Positions 1-7,643 of a DNA stretch of 27,887 bases are shown here, one piece after another. Origin of the DNA: a virus (taxonomy: Duplodnaviria; Caudoviricetes); the IMG/VR virus record IMGVR_UViG_3300005611_000161, positions 1 through 27,887 of that record; one strand, given 5' to 3'. The position numbers were made by a program, and so were the translations under genes. The notes under the pieces were generated by a model. That model was not told the origin of the DNA. It did no database searches and was given only the letters and a program-made list of their open reading frames with translations. How positions within the stretch are numbered: the stretch's first letter is position 1; every line of letters begins with the position of its first letter.

Positions 1-189
1 ATCTTGAGCATAGATAACAGTATAACTTTCTTTATAAGGATTAAAGAAAACATTTTTTTCGTGTTTTTCTATATATTTTTCTACCTCCACTTGTCTACTA
101 AATGGACCTACCATTCTTAAACTTTCAAGTTTATCACCTATGCCAAGATAATATTTTACTCGTTTGCGATCAAGACTACGTTTCCGCAT
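1..189 (-). CDS. Hypothetical protein, runs off the left edge of the window (not in ORF track)
   Basis: Manual translation from ATG at 189 gives MRKRSLDRKRVKYYLGIGDKLESLRMVGPFSRQVEVEKYIEKHEKNVFFNPYKESYTVIYAQD, open to position 1. It overlaps the 3' end of 156..476 on the same strand. Confidence 0.45.
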   Translation of the reverse strand, partial: MRKRSLDRKRVKYYLGIGDKLESLRMVGPFSRQVEVEKYIEKHEKNVFFNPYKESYTVIYAQD

Positions 190-476
190 ATTTTTCTATT
201 TTTAATATCTTCAACACTTCTAGCATCTTCTGAGTGTTCGTTATTATACCAAGTCCAATAATTATGATAAGCTTGAGTTGCTTTAAGATTTAATTTTTTA
301 GTAAATAAACCTTCTTCGTCAACCCACATATCGTAATTTTTTCCATCCCATCTAGCTTGTGCTAATTCGATAGAGCCACCTACAATACCTTGTAAATGTT
401 CTAAACCTTCAATTGGTTTTTTAAGTTCAGTCTCTATGTGAAGACCACTAGACCATATGAATACATGTTTAACCAT
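156..476 (-). CDS. DUF3846-like phage protein
   Basis: Pattern LEHLQGIVGGSIE...MWVDEEGL...LNLKAT...ICGNVVLI resembles DUF3846. Strong RBS AGAAAGGAG upstream. Confidence 0.7.
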   Translation of the reverse strand: MVKHVFIWSSGLHIETELKKPIEGLEHLQGIVGGSIELAQARWDGKNYDMWVDEEGLFTKKLNLKATQAYHNYWTWYNNEHSEDARSVEDIKNRKICGNVVLIANE

Positions 477-561
477 ATTACTTTCTCCTTTCTATATAGA
501 TATTAAAATTAAAGAATATAATAATAAACAAATAAAGTTTATTAATAACCAAGAAATATAA

Positions 562-828
562 TCAGTGGTATATAGCTTGTGTATTTTTTTCAGTAAGTTG
601 ATCATAGATTTTATTATCGACATCTAGTTGATAAAGATCATCTGCTGTTTCAAATAATATTCTAGTACAATCAGGTCTCATCTTAACATCAAATAGAATA
701 GGAAAACCCGATATATTAAACTCGTCATTATCCTTATCAAGTTCTATAAAATGCCTAGGCCATTTCTTTTTCTTTGCTATTTCGTTTGCTTCTATTAGTT
801 GTTCTTTGCTTATAACTTTATATTTCAA
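562..828 (-). CDS. Hypothetical protein (TTG start)
   Basis: 88-aa ORF abutting the stop of 829..1098, with a purine-rich GAAAGGGA RBS. Confidence 0.6.
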   Translation of the reverse strand: MKYKVISKEQLIEANEIAKKKKWPRHFIELDKDNDEFNISGFPILFDVKMRPDCTRILFETADDLYQLDVDNKIYDQLTEKNTQAIYH

Positions 829-1098
829 TTAATCCCTTTCTATATAATTACCATCTAAGGTAACTGCATATTTTTTATTATTGTTATTTAACCATTTTAT
901 AAATTTTTTACTTAATCTATACATTAATCTTGCATAAATACAAGGATGTCGTTCTAAATGTATTGGAAGAAACTCTGTACTACCAAAATCCCATGTTTTT
1001 CTATTTTCATAATTTATAGATAAACTAAAACTTTGATACTCAATTTTATTTTTAGGTTCATCTTCTCTGATATCTTCTTTTCTTATTTCTAGTGCCAT
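829..1098 (-). CDS. Hypothetical protein
   Basis: 89-aa ORF with AAAGGA RBS, co-oriented with neighbours. Confidence 0.6.
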   Translation of the reverse strand: MALEIRKEDIREDEPKNKIEYQSFSLSINYENRKTWDFGSTEFLPIHLERHPCIYARLMYRLSKKFIKWLNNNNKKYAVTLDGNYIERD

Positions 1099-1232
1099 AT
1101 ATTCCTTTTTTTAGTTTTATTATAATTTTTATATAATATTAAAAACGCAATAAAATCAATAAAAATTTATACGATAGATTATATGGCTAGAGTTAAATCC
1201 AAGTGAATTTAGCCTGTTTACGTCACACTATT

Positions 1233-1526
1233 TTAGTGGATTGTAAACTCATTACGAGGGTTTATAGAATACTTAATTATATCATAATCATATTCTTTGA
1301 TTTCATAATCTATAAAAACAAAGTCTGTCATACGAGATATACAAAATTCAAAAAATCTATTTATACGAGGAAAAAAAGGTTCAGAATCAAATTGTGCAAA
1401 TTCAAAATTAAGTTTTACCTTAGGATTTTTTTTATCATAATATGTAAACTTAACCCAAAAATTACTTGTTGGAGAATTCATTAAAGTTTCAACTATATCT
1501 GATTCTTTATCAAACATTTTAAGCAT
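1233..1526 (-). CDS. Hypothetical protein
   Basis: 97-aa ORF overlapping the stop of 1519..1728, in operon orientation. Confidence 0.55.
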   Translation of the reverse strand: MLKMFDKESDIVETLMNSPTSNFWVKFTYYDKKNPKVKLNFEFAQFDSEPFFPRINRFFEFCISRMTDFVFIDYEIKEYDYDIIKYSINPRNEFTIH

Positions 1527-1728
1527 TCTCTATTGGCGTACAACTAAAATTCATTAGCATATTTTTTTCATTAACATATTCTTCACCAAGCTCTCTCAAT
1601 ACTCCTATACCTTTAATGAATCCTGCTGTAGCACAATCATAATGAGATTTATAACTTCCTACTTCAATAGGAGGTGTACAAGTTTGCATTAAAGCTGAAC
1701 ATATTTGAATTGCTAAAATAAATTTCAT
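1519..1728 (-). CDS. Small four-Cys protein with hydrophobic N-terminus (type common in marine pelagiphage-like genomes)
   Basis: MKFILAIQICSALMQTC...YKSHYDCATAG...FSC: signal-peptide-like start and 4 Cys. Confidence 0.65.
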   Translation of the reverse strand: MKFILAIQICSALMQTCTPPIEVGSYKSHYDCATAGFIKGIGVLRELGEEYVNEKNMLMNFSCTPIENA

Positions 1729-1749
1729 AATACAAAGTATAACCTAATT

Positions 1750-2040
1750 TTAAAAACATGATATAATTAAATTCTTCAAGTTTTTATTTTGTTTTAATAT
1801 ATAATAATATTCTTCCATTAAACTAGCCACTTTTTCTTCACCATGTTTAGATACATTAAAATCATTTAAATCTGTAATGATATGAAACAACTCGTGAAAT
1901 AATGTTCTAGCTAAGTATTGATTAGATAAACCTTTTCTAATAGTAAGTGTTAAATTTTGAGGAGAATACACAGCATAATCTGATATTCTTTTAAAAATAA
2001 CTTTAATTATTTTGTTTTTATATTTAATTTTTCTAATCAT
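1750..2040 (-). CDS. Small HExxH zincin-like metalloprotease domain protein (ImmA/IrrE-like)
   Basis: RTLFHELFHII motif followed by a downstream EE (GEEKVA). Confidence 0.6.
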   Translation of the reverse strand: MIRKIKYKNKIIKVIFKRISDYAVYSPQNLTLTIRKGLSNQYLARTLFHELFHIITDLNDFNVSKHGEEKVASLMEEYYYILKQNKNLKNLIISCF

Positions 2041-2060
2041 AGGGGCTATTAAGCCCCTAT
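2039..2060. terminator. GC-rich hairpin (possible terminator or translational-control stem)
   Basis: Perfect 9-bp inverted repeat ATAGGGGCT-ATTA-AGCCCCTAT, just downstream of the DUF2786 stop and overlapping the ATG of 1750..2040. The U-tract on the - strand is weak. Confidence 0.45.
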
Positions 2061-2070
2061 TATATCTTTC

Positions 2071-2805
2071 TTATGAGAGTAATCTACCGCTTGTTTGATT
2101 ATTAACTTGTGTATTTAGACTTATTTTATTACCTTTTTCTTGACCTCTTGAATAAGCCTCTCTGTCTTTGATATTTATCCTACTAGTAAAACCTGATTTT
2201 AACTTAACCTTTTTCTTCTCTAATAACCAATTACGATTTAATTGTAATTCATTCTTATAAAGCATAGGTAAATTACCATTATTTTGAGCTGATTGACTTT
2301 TAACTTCTTGTAACTTTTCACTTATTTTTCTAGTTAAACTTAAAGCACAACCCATTTTAAAATTAAAAGCCATTTTATTAATTTCTGCTTTAGAACCAGC
2401 AACATTTTTAAATTCGTTATCTGACATACGTTCTACTGTATTAATAAAATAATCGTACATAGACTTTGCTACAATTCTATTGGATTCACGGCCAACGAAT
2501 ACTGCAACTTTAACTCTCTTAAAGTCGTTATCAAATTTAATATCATTGTAAGTAGTACAAAAATATAATTCAGCAGTCGCTTGACGTATCCAACCTTTCC
2601 ACTTAGCATTATCTATTTCTACTTTTTCCCAATCAATATCTTCAATAGTTTGATTATCTTTAATTTCACCTAAAGATAAATTATGTTCCTGAAGTAATTG
2701 TTGAACTTTAGTAGCAGCCATCATTGCTTCGTTTTCAGAAGCACCATTAGCTTGAGACATTGCTAAAAGTTTTTGGATTTTTTTAATCACTTCTTCTCTA
2801 CTCAT
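2071..2805 (-). CDS. DUF2786 domain-containing protein
   Basis: N-terminal KIQKLLAMS...ENEAMMAATKVQQLLQEHNL is the DUF2786 signature. AGAAAGGAG RBS. Confidence 0.8.
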   Translation of the reverse strand: MSREEVIKKIQKLLAMSQANGASENEAMMAATKVQQLLQEHNLSLGEIKDNQTIEDIDWEKVEIDNAKWKGWIRQATAELYFCTTYNDIKFDNDFKRVKVAVFVGRESNRIVAKSMYDYFINTVERMSDNEFKNVAGSKAEINKMAFNFKMGCALSLTRKISEKLQEVKSQSAQNNGNLPMLYKNELQLNRNWLLEKKKVKLKSGFTSRINIKDREAYSRGQEKGNKISLNTQVNNQTSGRLLS

Positions 2806-2819
2806 ATTCTCCTTTCTTG

Positions 2820-2847
2820 GTGGCTACGCAATTGCTTGCGTAACCAC
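2820..2847 (-). promoter_or_regulatory. 12-bp stem with GCAA (GNRA) tetraloop directly upstream of the DUF2786 RBS
   Basis: The - strand reads GTGGTTACGCAA-GCAA-TTGCGTAGCCAC: 12 bp including one G-U pair that forms only on the - strand RNA. It is followed by CAAGAAAGGAGAATATG, with no U-tract. Confidence 0.6.
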
Positions 2848-2949
2848 TTTAGTGTATCACATATAGTTGTTTAACAAAAGTTTTATCCTCTGTTAAATTG
2901 TTTAATACTAGCTTTATCGCTAATACTTTTTAAGTATATTAAATATTAA

Positions 2950-3342
2950 TTACAATTTAGACAAAAATATTTTTATCTCTTCCCAACCTTTTGCAACAGC
3001 AAGTTTTTCAAATTTTTCTTTACTTACGCCTACAGCTAATTGTTCTGACATAGAGCCTGTAAATAAATAAACATCTCTATCTTTTTTAGCAAGTACATAT
3101 ATTCTACCACCATAGTGGTTATAAGTTTTATGCCAAGCTATTTGTTCAACGGTTAGTTTTAACTTTATTTTAGTATTATCTCTTTTAGGGCTTTTAATAT
3201 ATTTACCTTCTATCCAACCCGATATGCCTGCTGCACAATAGTGAACATCGGGGATACCTCTTTCAATTTGAGTTTCTATTCGTTGAATAAAAAAATTAGG
3301 TAACTTATCTCTAATTGTTTTCCAGAGTGTCTTTTCCATCAA
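2950..3342 (-). CDS. VRR-NUC / Holliday-junction-resolvase-like PD-(D/E)XK nuclease
   Basis: RIETQIERGIPDVHYC...WIEGK...LTVEQIAW motif pattern. Confidence 0.8.
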   Translation of the reverse strand: MMEKTLWKTIRDKLPNFFIQRIETQIERGIPDVHYCAAGISGWIEGKYIKSPKRDNTKIKLKLTVEQIAWHKTYNHYGGRIYVLAKKDRDVYLFTGSMSEQLAVGVSKEKFEKLAVAKGWEEIKIFLSKL

Positions 3343-4075
3343 ATTTACATATTGGAATTGGTTTCATTTTATGTAAATTCTTCTTTCTTATATTAACGTA
3401 GTCTTGATATTTTTCAGAAGATGGATCATTCATTGCATCTTCTAATTCGTAATAAGACATTCCTAATTGATCAAAATCTGTTCTACCATCAGACCATAAT
3501 CCATCTGTTGGTTCAGCTTCCAATATTTCATCTAGTATTTTTAATTCTTTACCCATAGCATATACTTCACTTTTCATACAATCAGCTATAGGTGAAATAT
3601 CAACACCACCATCACCGTACTTTGTGTAAAAGCCAACGCCAAAATCCTCAACTTTATTTCCAGTTCCTACAACTAAACCACTTGTACTTGCAGCTATTTG
3701 ATATAAAGATAACATTCTAAATCTACTTTTAGAATTAGCAAATCCATGTTCATCTCTAAATTTAAATTCTCTCATAGTATCTTCCCACGATATATAACCT
3801 CTGGTTAAGTCTAATTCAATTTTATATGCATTTTTAAATTTATTAATTAACCAATTAGCGTGTTTAATAGAAAGATCATGAAGTTCTGGTCTTTGCATAA
3901 TAGGCATTGATACAGCTAAAGTTTTAAATCCAGTCATAGCACATATAGTACTTACTACTGATGAATCAATACCTCCTGATACTCCTACTACTAAACAGTT
4001 TGCTGGTTTATCCATTTCTGAAAGATAATTAAAAATCCAACTTCTAATTATTTCTATTCTTCTATCTGGTCTCAT
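3311..4075 (-). CDS. nadE: NH3-dependent NAD+ synthetase homolog (ATP-dependent carboxylate amidating enzyme)
   Basis: PP-loop VVGVSGGIDSSV, ANSKSRFRM, VVGTGNKVE, GFYTKYGDGGVDISPIAD, PTDGLW...TDFDQLG. No glutaminase domain. Confidence 0.9.
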   Translation of the reverse strand: MRPDRRIEIIRSWIFNYLSEMDKPANCLVVGVSGGIDSSVVSTICAMTGFKTLAVSMPIMQRPELHDLSIKHANWLINKFKNAYKIELDLTRGYISWEDTMREFKFRDEHGFANSKSRFRMLSLYQIAASTSGLVVGTGNKVEDFGVGFYTKYGDGGVDISPIADCMKSEVYAMGKELKILDEILEAEPTDGLWSDGRTDFDQLGMSYYELEDAMNDPSSEKYQDYVNIRKKNLHKMKPIPICKFDGKDTLENN

Positions 4076-5337
4076 GTATTCTTTCCTATTGGTATATATT
4101 TTACACTTTCTTTTTCTTCTAAATATCTAAAAGGATCAATGACTATTGAAGTAGGATGAAAGTAAAAATGTTTAAAAGCCTCGTGTTTAGTTCCTATAAA
4201 AAATAATTGACCACGTTCTTGCCAACCAAATTTTTTAGATGTAGCTTCCATATCATCTACACCATCAACATAAGGATCCCATATTCTAGGTGATTCTCCC
4301 ATTTCTTTTAAAATATTATAAAGTAATATAGATGGACTACCTAAAGTTAAATTAGTTTCAGGTTTAAAACATTTTCCTAAAATATTAATTTCTTTATCGT
4401 TTTTATGTTCTATAATTAATTTTGCTAACCATTCAGTTTGCTTTTCACGTTGTTTCATTATATTATCATACCAATTGTATGATAAATTTAATTTATTTGC
4501 CAAATAAGAAAGAGCAATATTATCCCTAGGATGACAACCGCCACCATCGCCCATACCTCCATATAAATATTTTTTACTAATAATTCTATCAGTACATAAA
4601 GCTAAAGCATTAGTTACATCATCAACATTTGTATTAGGTAAATGATGACATGTTTCCATTACTGTATTCATCATAGCAATTTTTGTACTAATGAAGGTGT
4701 TATATACTACTTTTATTAATTCTGCGTTCTCTAAAGTTGTCTCATAAAAAGGTGAGTTATTTATAGTTTTATAAAAATCTTTAGCAACAGAAGCAGCAGT
4801 TGGATCATCTACTCCAAATAAAATTATCTCGCTATTTAAAAAATCGTGAATAGTAGTACCCATTGCTATAAAGAAAGGATTATAACATAGTTTTAAATTA
4901 TCGTCAATTATGGGTTTAATATGTTTTTGAATAGTACCAGGAAGAACAGTAGAAATAATAACCACATTTGTTGGTTTATTTTGTTTTTTAATTTCTTCAT
5001 TTAAATTTTTTATACCATCAATTAAATATGTGTAATCAAAATCAGCACGTTCTTTTGGTATTCTTGTTATACCTTCATACTTTTCTTGATGCGGAGTTTG
5101 AATTGGAACAAAAATTATATCACACTGTGATACCATTTTCTCTATATTTGTTAATTCTATTTTAGAATTATTTAGTAGTTCTTGTGCTCCCTTTTCTTTA
5201 TAATTCAGGGTTTTAAATCTAATATTTCTTAAAGTGATATCGTTAATATCAGTACCACAAACTTTATGGCCTTTTGATTCAACTGCTAAAGCTACTGGTA
5301 ATCCTAATTTTCCTAGACCTAAAAATCCTATATGCAT
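4072..5337 (-). CDS. UDP-glucose/GDP-mannose dehydrogenase family protein (nucleotide-sugar 6-dehydrogenase), variant
   Basis: Rossmann GLGKLG, VPIQTP, STVLPGT, AELIKVVYNTFISTKI, catalytic-Cys motif GGGCHPRD, ILGKCFKPET. Confidence 0.9.
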   Translation of the reverse strand: MHIGFLGLGKLGLPVALAVESKGHKVCGTDINDITLRNIRFKTLNYKEKGAQELLNNSKIELTNIEKMVSQCDIIFVPIQTPHQEKYEGITRIPKERADFDYTYLIDGIKNLNEEIKKQNKPTNVVIISTVLPGTIQKHIKPIIDDNLKLCYNPFFIAMGTTIHDFLNSEIILFGVDDPTAASVAKDFYKTINNSPFYETTLENAELIKVVYNTFISTKIAMMNTVMETCHHLPNTNVDDVTNALALCTDRIISKKYLYGGMGDGGGCHPRDNIALSYLANKLNLSYNWYDNIMKQREKQTEWLAKLIIEHKNDKEINILGKCFKPETNLTLGSPSILLYNILKEMGESPRIWDPYVDGVDDMEATSKKFGWQERGQLFFIGTKHEAFKHFYFHPTSIVIDPFRYLEEKESVKYIPIGKNT

Positions 5338-7179
5338 TTATTTTATAGTGCCCCAACTATCTCCTTTCTCAACATCTATTTTAAGAGGGACACTTAAATC
5401 TACAGCATTTTGCATTAAATGTATAGCCTCAGATAAACATTTTTGTTTATTCTTAGGTACTGAAAAATCTAATTCATCATGTACTGTTAATTTTAAATCA
5501 ATATCATTTAATAAATCTGACTCATAAATTTTTAACATTGCTGCTTTAGTAATATCAGCAGATGAACCTTGTATTAAAGCATTTAAAGCTGTATGAGTAT
5601 AAGCTCTTTTTAATTCTTGTTTAGGATAATTTATACCTGCTTCTACTCTATTGTATGCTTTTTCTCCCCAACTATCTTTTGGTTCCCATAAATCAAATCT
5701 TCTTTTTCTACCTAATAAAGTTTTAATATATCCTCTAGTACTAGCTACATGTGAAACTTGTTTTGATAATTCTTTTACAAATGGTACTTTAGAATGATAC
5801 TTATTAAATAATTCATAAGCAGAGTCAATATCTAAACCTAATTCACTAGCTAATTTTTTATTACCCATACCATAGAATAATCCTAAGTTAATAGTTTTAG
5901 CTTGCTTTCTAGGTATATTAGCCATATCAGCTACCATTTGATGAAAGTCTGTATCTTGCTTTTTATTAAAATGTTCTTGTACTATTAAAGCAGTTTTCAT
6001 ATTTTTAAGAGCAGCATAGTGTACTAATACTCTAGGCTCTTGTTGAGAATAGTCAGCACATATCCAATCTGATTCTTCCTCTGGTACAAATAAGCTTCTG
6101 ATCAACGGTCCAAGTTCAGGGTCTCTAGCAGGCACTTGCTGTAAATTAGGATAATTACTACTAAACCTACCTGTTACAGTTCCATGTGGATTAAAGTTAC
6201 AGTGTATTCTACTATTCACTGCCTTATCTAGAATCATGTTTTTAATAAAAGTATTTCTTATTTTATCAATCTTTCTAACCTCTAAGATGCTCTTACTAAT
6301 ATCATCCACTTGACTTTCCAACCAAGTCGCAGTGAAAGACGGAGTACCTTTTGAGGTGTGACTATACTTAATGTTATTCGTATCATATGCTTGTTTGAGA
6401 GAAGCATTTGCCCATACATTTACTTCTCCTCCTCCTAGTTTATTTAGCCTAGTTTGAACCTCTGCTTGTTTTTTTTCAAGTGTATTATAAAGTTCTTCGG
6501 CCTTACTAGTATTTATACGAACACCTCGCTTACGAATTTCATATAGTAATGGAATTAATCTTGATTCAAAATCAACTATTTTTCTTATGTCTTCTCGATC
6601 AATTCTTTCTTGCTGTTTTTGATATATTTGCAAAGTAAGTAATGCGTCTTCTTTAGCATACTCAGCTACGTGATTTGCGTGTAATCTCCATAAATTTTCT
6701 TTTACTTTAGCACGTTTACCAAACTCTAATTGTACAGCTTGTTCTAATTCAACTTCATATTTAGATTTTTTTAAATAAAATTGTGCAAGTGATTCTAAAG
6801 AATATTTAAGTTTATTTTCATCTAATAAATGTTCTATTCCTTGTATATCGTAAATTCTATGGTACTTATTAAAGTCAAGTCTATTATCGTGTGAATAAAG
6901 CCACTCCATGTCATAGATAGCATTAGCAAATACTAAGGGTTTATTAAGTTTTAGCATTTTATTTAAAAAATCTACTACCATTTCATTATTTAAATTACCA
7001 CCAGCTTGGTGACCTATTGGAAAATATTCGTTATAACCAGAATCAGTTGCTATTGATATTCCAACTAACTTACCATCTTTTCTAAATCCACCTGGACCAT
7101 GAGTTTTAAGTCGAGGATCGTATGTTTCTGTATCTATTGCTATTATGTTTGATTTTTCTAATTCAGTAAATTTGAACAT
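5338..7179 (-). CDS. Family A DNA polymerase with 3'-5' exonuclease domain
   Basis: Exo I AIDTET; TVTGRFSS..PNLQQVP; motif A ADYSQQEPR; motif B RKQAKTINLGLFYGMG; motif C VHDEL. Confidence 0.96.
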   Translation of the reverse strand: MFKFTELEKSNIIAIDTETYDPRLKTHGPGGFRKDGKLVGISIATDSGYNEYFPIGHQAGGNLNNEMVVDFLNKMLKLNKPLVFANAIYDMEWLYSHDNRLDFNKYHRIYDIQGIEHLLDENKLKYSLESLAQFYLKKSKYEVELEQAVQLEFGKRAKVKENLWRLHANHVAEYAKEDALLTLQIYQKQQERIDREDIRKIVDFESRLIPLLYEIRKRGVRINTSKAEELYNTLEKKQAEVQTRLNKLGGGEVNVWANASLKQAYDTNNIKYSHTSKGTPSFTATWLESQVDDISKSILEVRKIDKIRNTFIKNMILDKAVNSRIHCNFNPHGTVTGRFSSNYPNLQQVPARDPELGPLIRSLFVPEEESDWICADYSQQEPRVLVHYAALKNMKTALIVQEHFNKKQDTDFHQMVADMANIPRKQAKTINLGLFYGMGNKKLASELGLDIDSAYELFNKYHSKVPFVKELSKQVSHVASTRGYIKTLLGRKRRFDLWEPKDSWGEKAYNRVEAGINYPKQELKRAYTHTALNALIQGSSADITKAAMLKIYESDLLNDIDLKLTVHDELDFSVPKNKQKCLSEAIHLMQNAVDLSVPLKIDVEKGDSWGTIK

Positions 7180-7643
7180 TTATCTAATACTACTTTCTTA
7201 TTTATGTAAGTCCATGAACCTGTACCCATTCTATTCTTTAACCAAAAATCTCCTAATCTATCTGCGTCTACATACTTTTCCATAAATACTATTCGTTGTG
7301 CAGAAGTATTTAATAATAATTTTAAACAATGAATACAAGGACTAAGTGTACAATAAACTGTTTGAATATCATATACATTTCTACATTGAAGTAATGCGTT
7401 TTGCTCAGCATGTATTGCTTCACATTTATCTAAACCTTCACCTGATTTTAATTGTGCACCTTCACAAGGATTATCTATACAGTGTTCTTGACCTGCCGCA
7501 ACTCCATTATATCCAGTTGCTATTACATGTTTTTTAGAATTAACTAATATACAACCTACTTTACGTCTTTTACAAGTAGCACGTTCACTGGATAGATTTG
7601 CCATTTTTAAAAAATACCAATCACTTGGAATTCTAATTGTCAT
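7158..7643 (-). CDS. dCMP deaminase (ComEB/T4 cd family)
   Basis: RATCKRRKVGC, ATGYNG, HAEQNA and SPCIHC zinc motifs. Confidence 0.92.
   Translation of the reverse strand: MTIRIPSDWYFLKMANLSSERATCKRRKVGCILVNSKKHVIATGYNGVAAGQEHCIDNPCEGAQLKSGEGLDKCEAIHAEQNALLQCRNVYDIQTVYCTLSPCIHCLKLLLNTSAQRIVFMEKYVDADRLGDFWLKNRMGTGSWTYINKKVVLDKCSNLLN

Noticed and set aside
1203-1484. 93-aa + strand ORF
   Set aside because: Antisense shadow of 1233..1526 with no RBS or recognisable motif.
5234-7537. + strand ORFs 5234..5527 and 7346..7537
   Set aside because: Antisense to well-supported dehydrogenase, PolA and deaminase genes.
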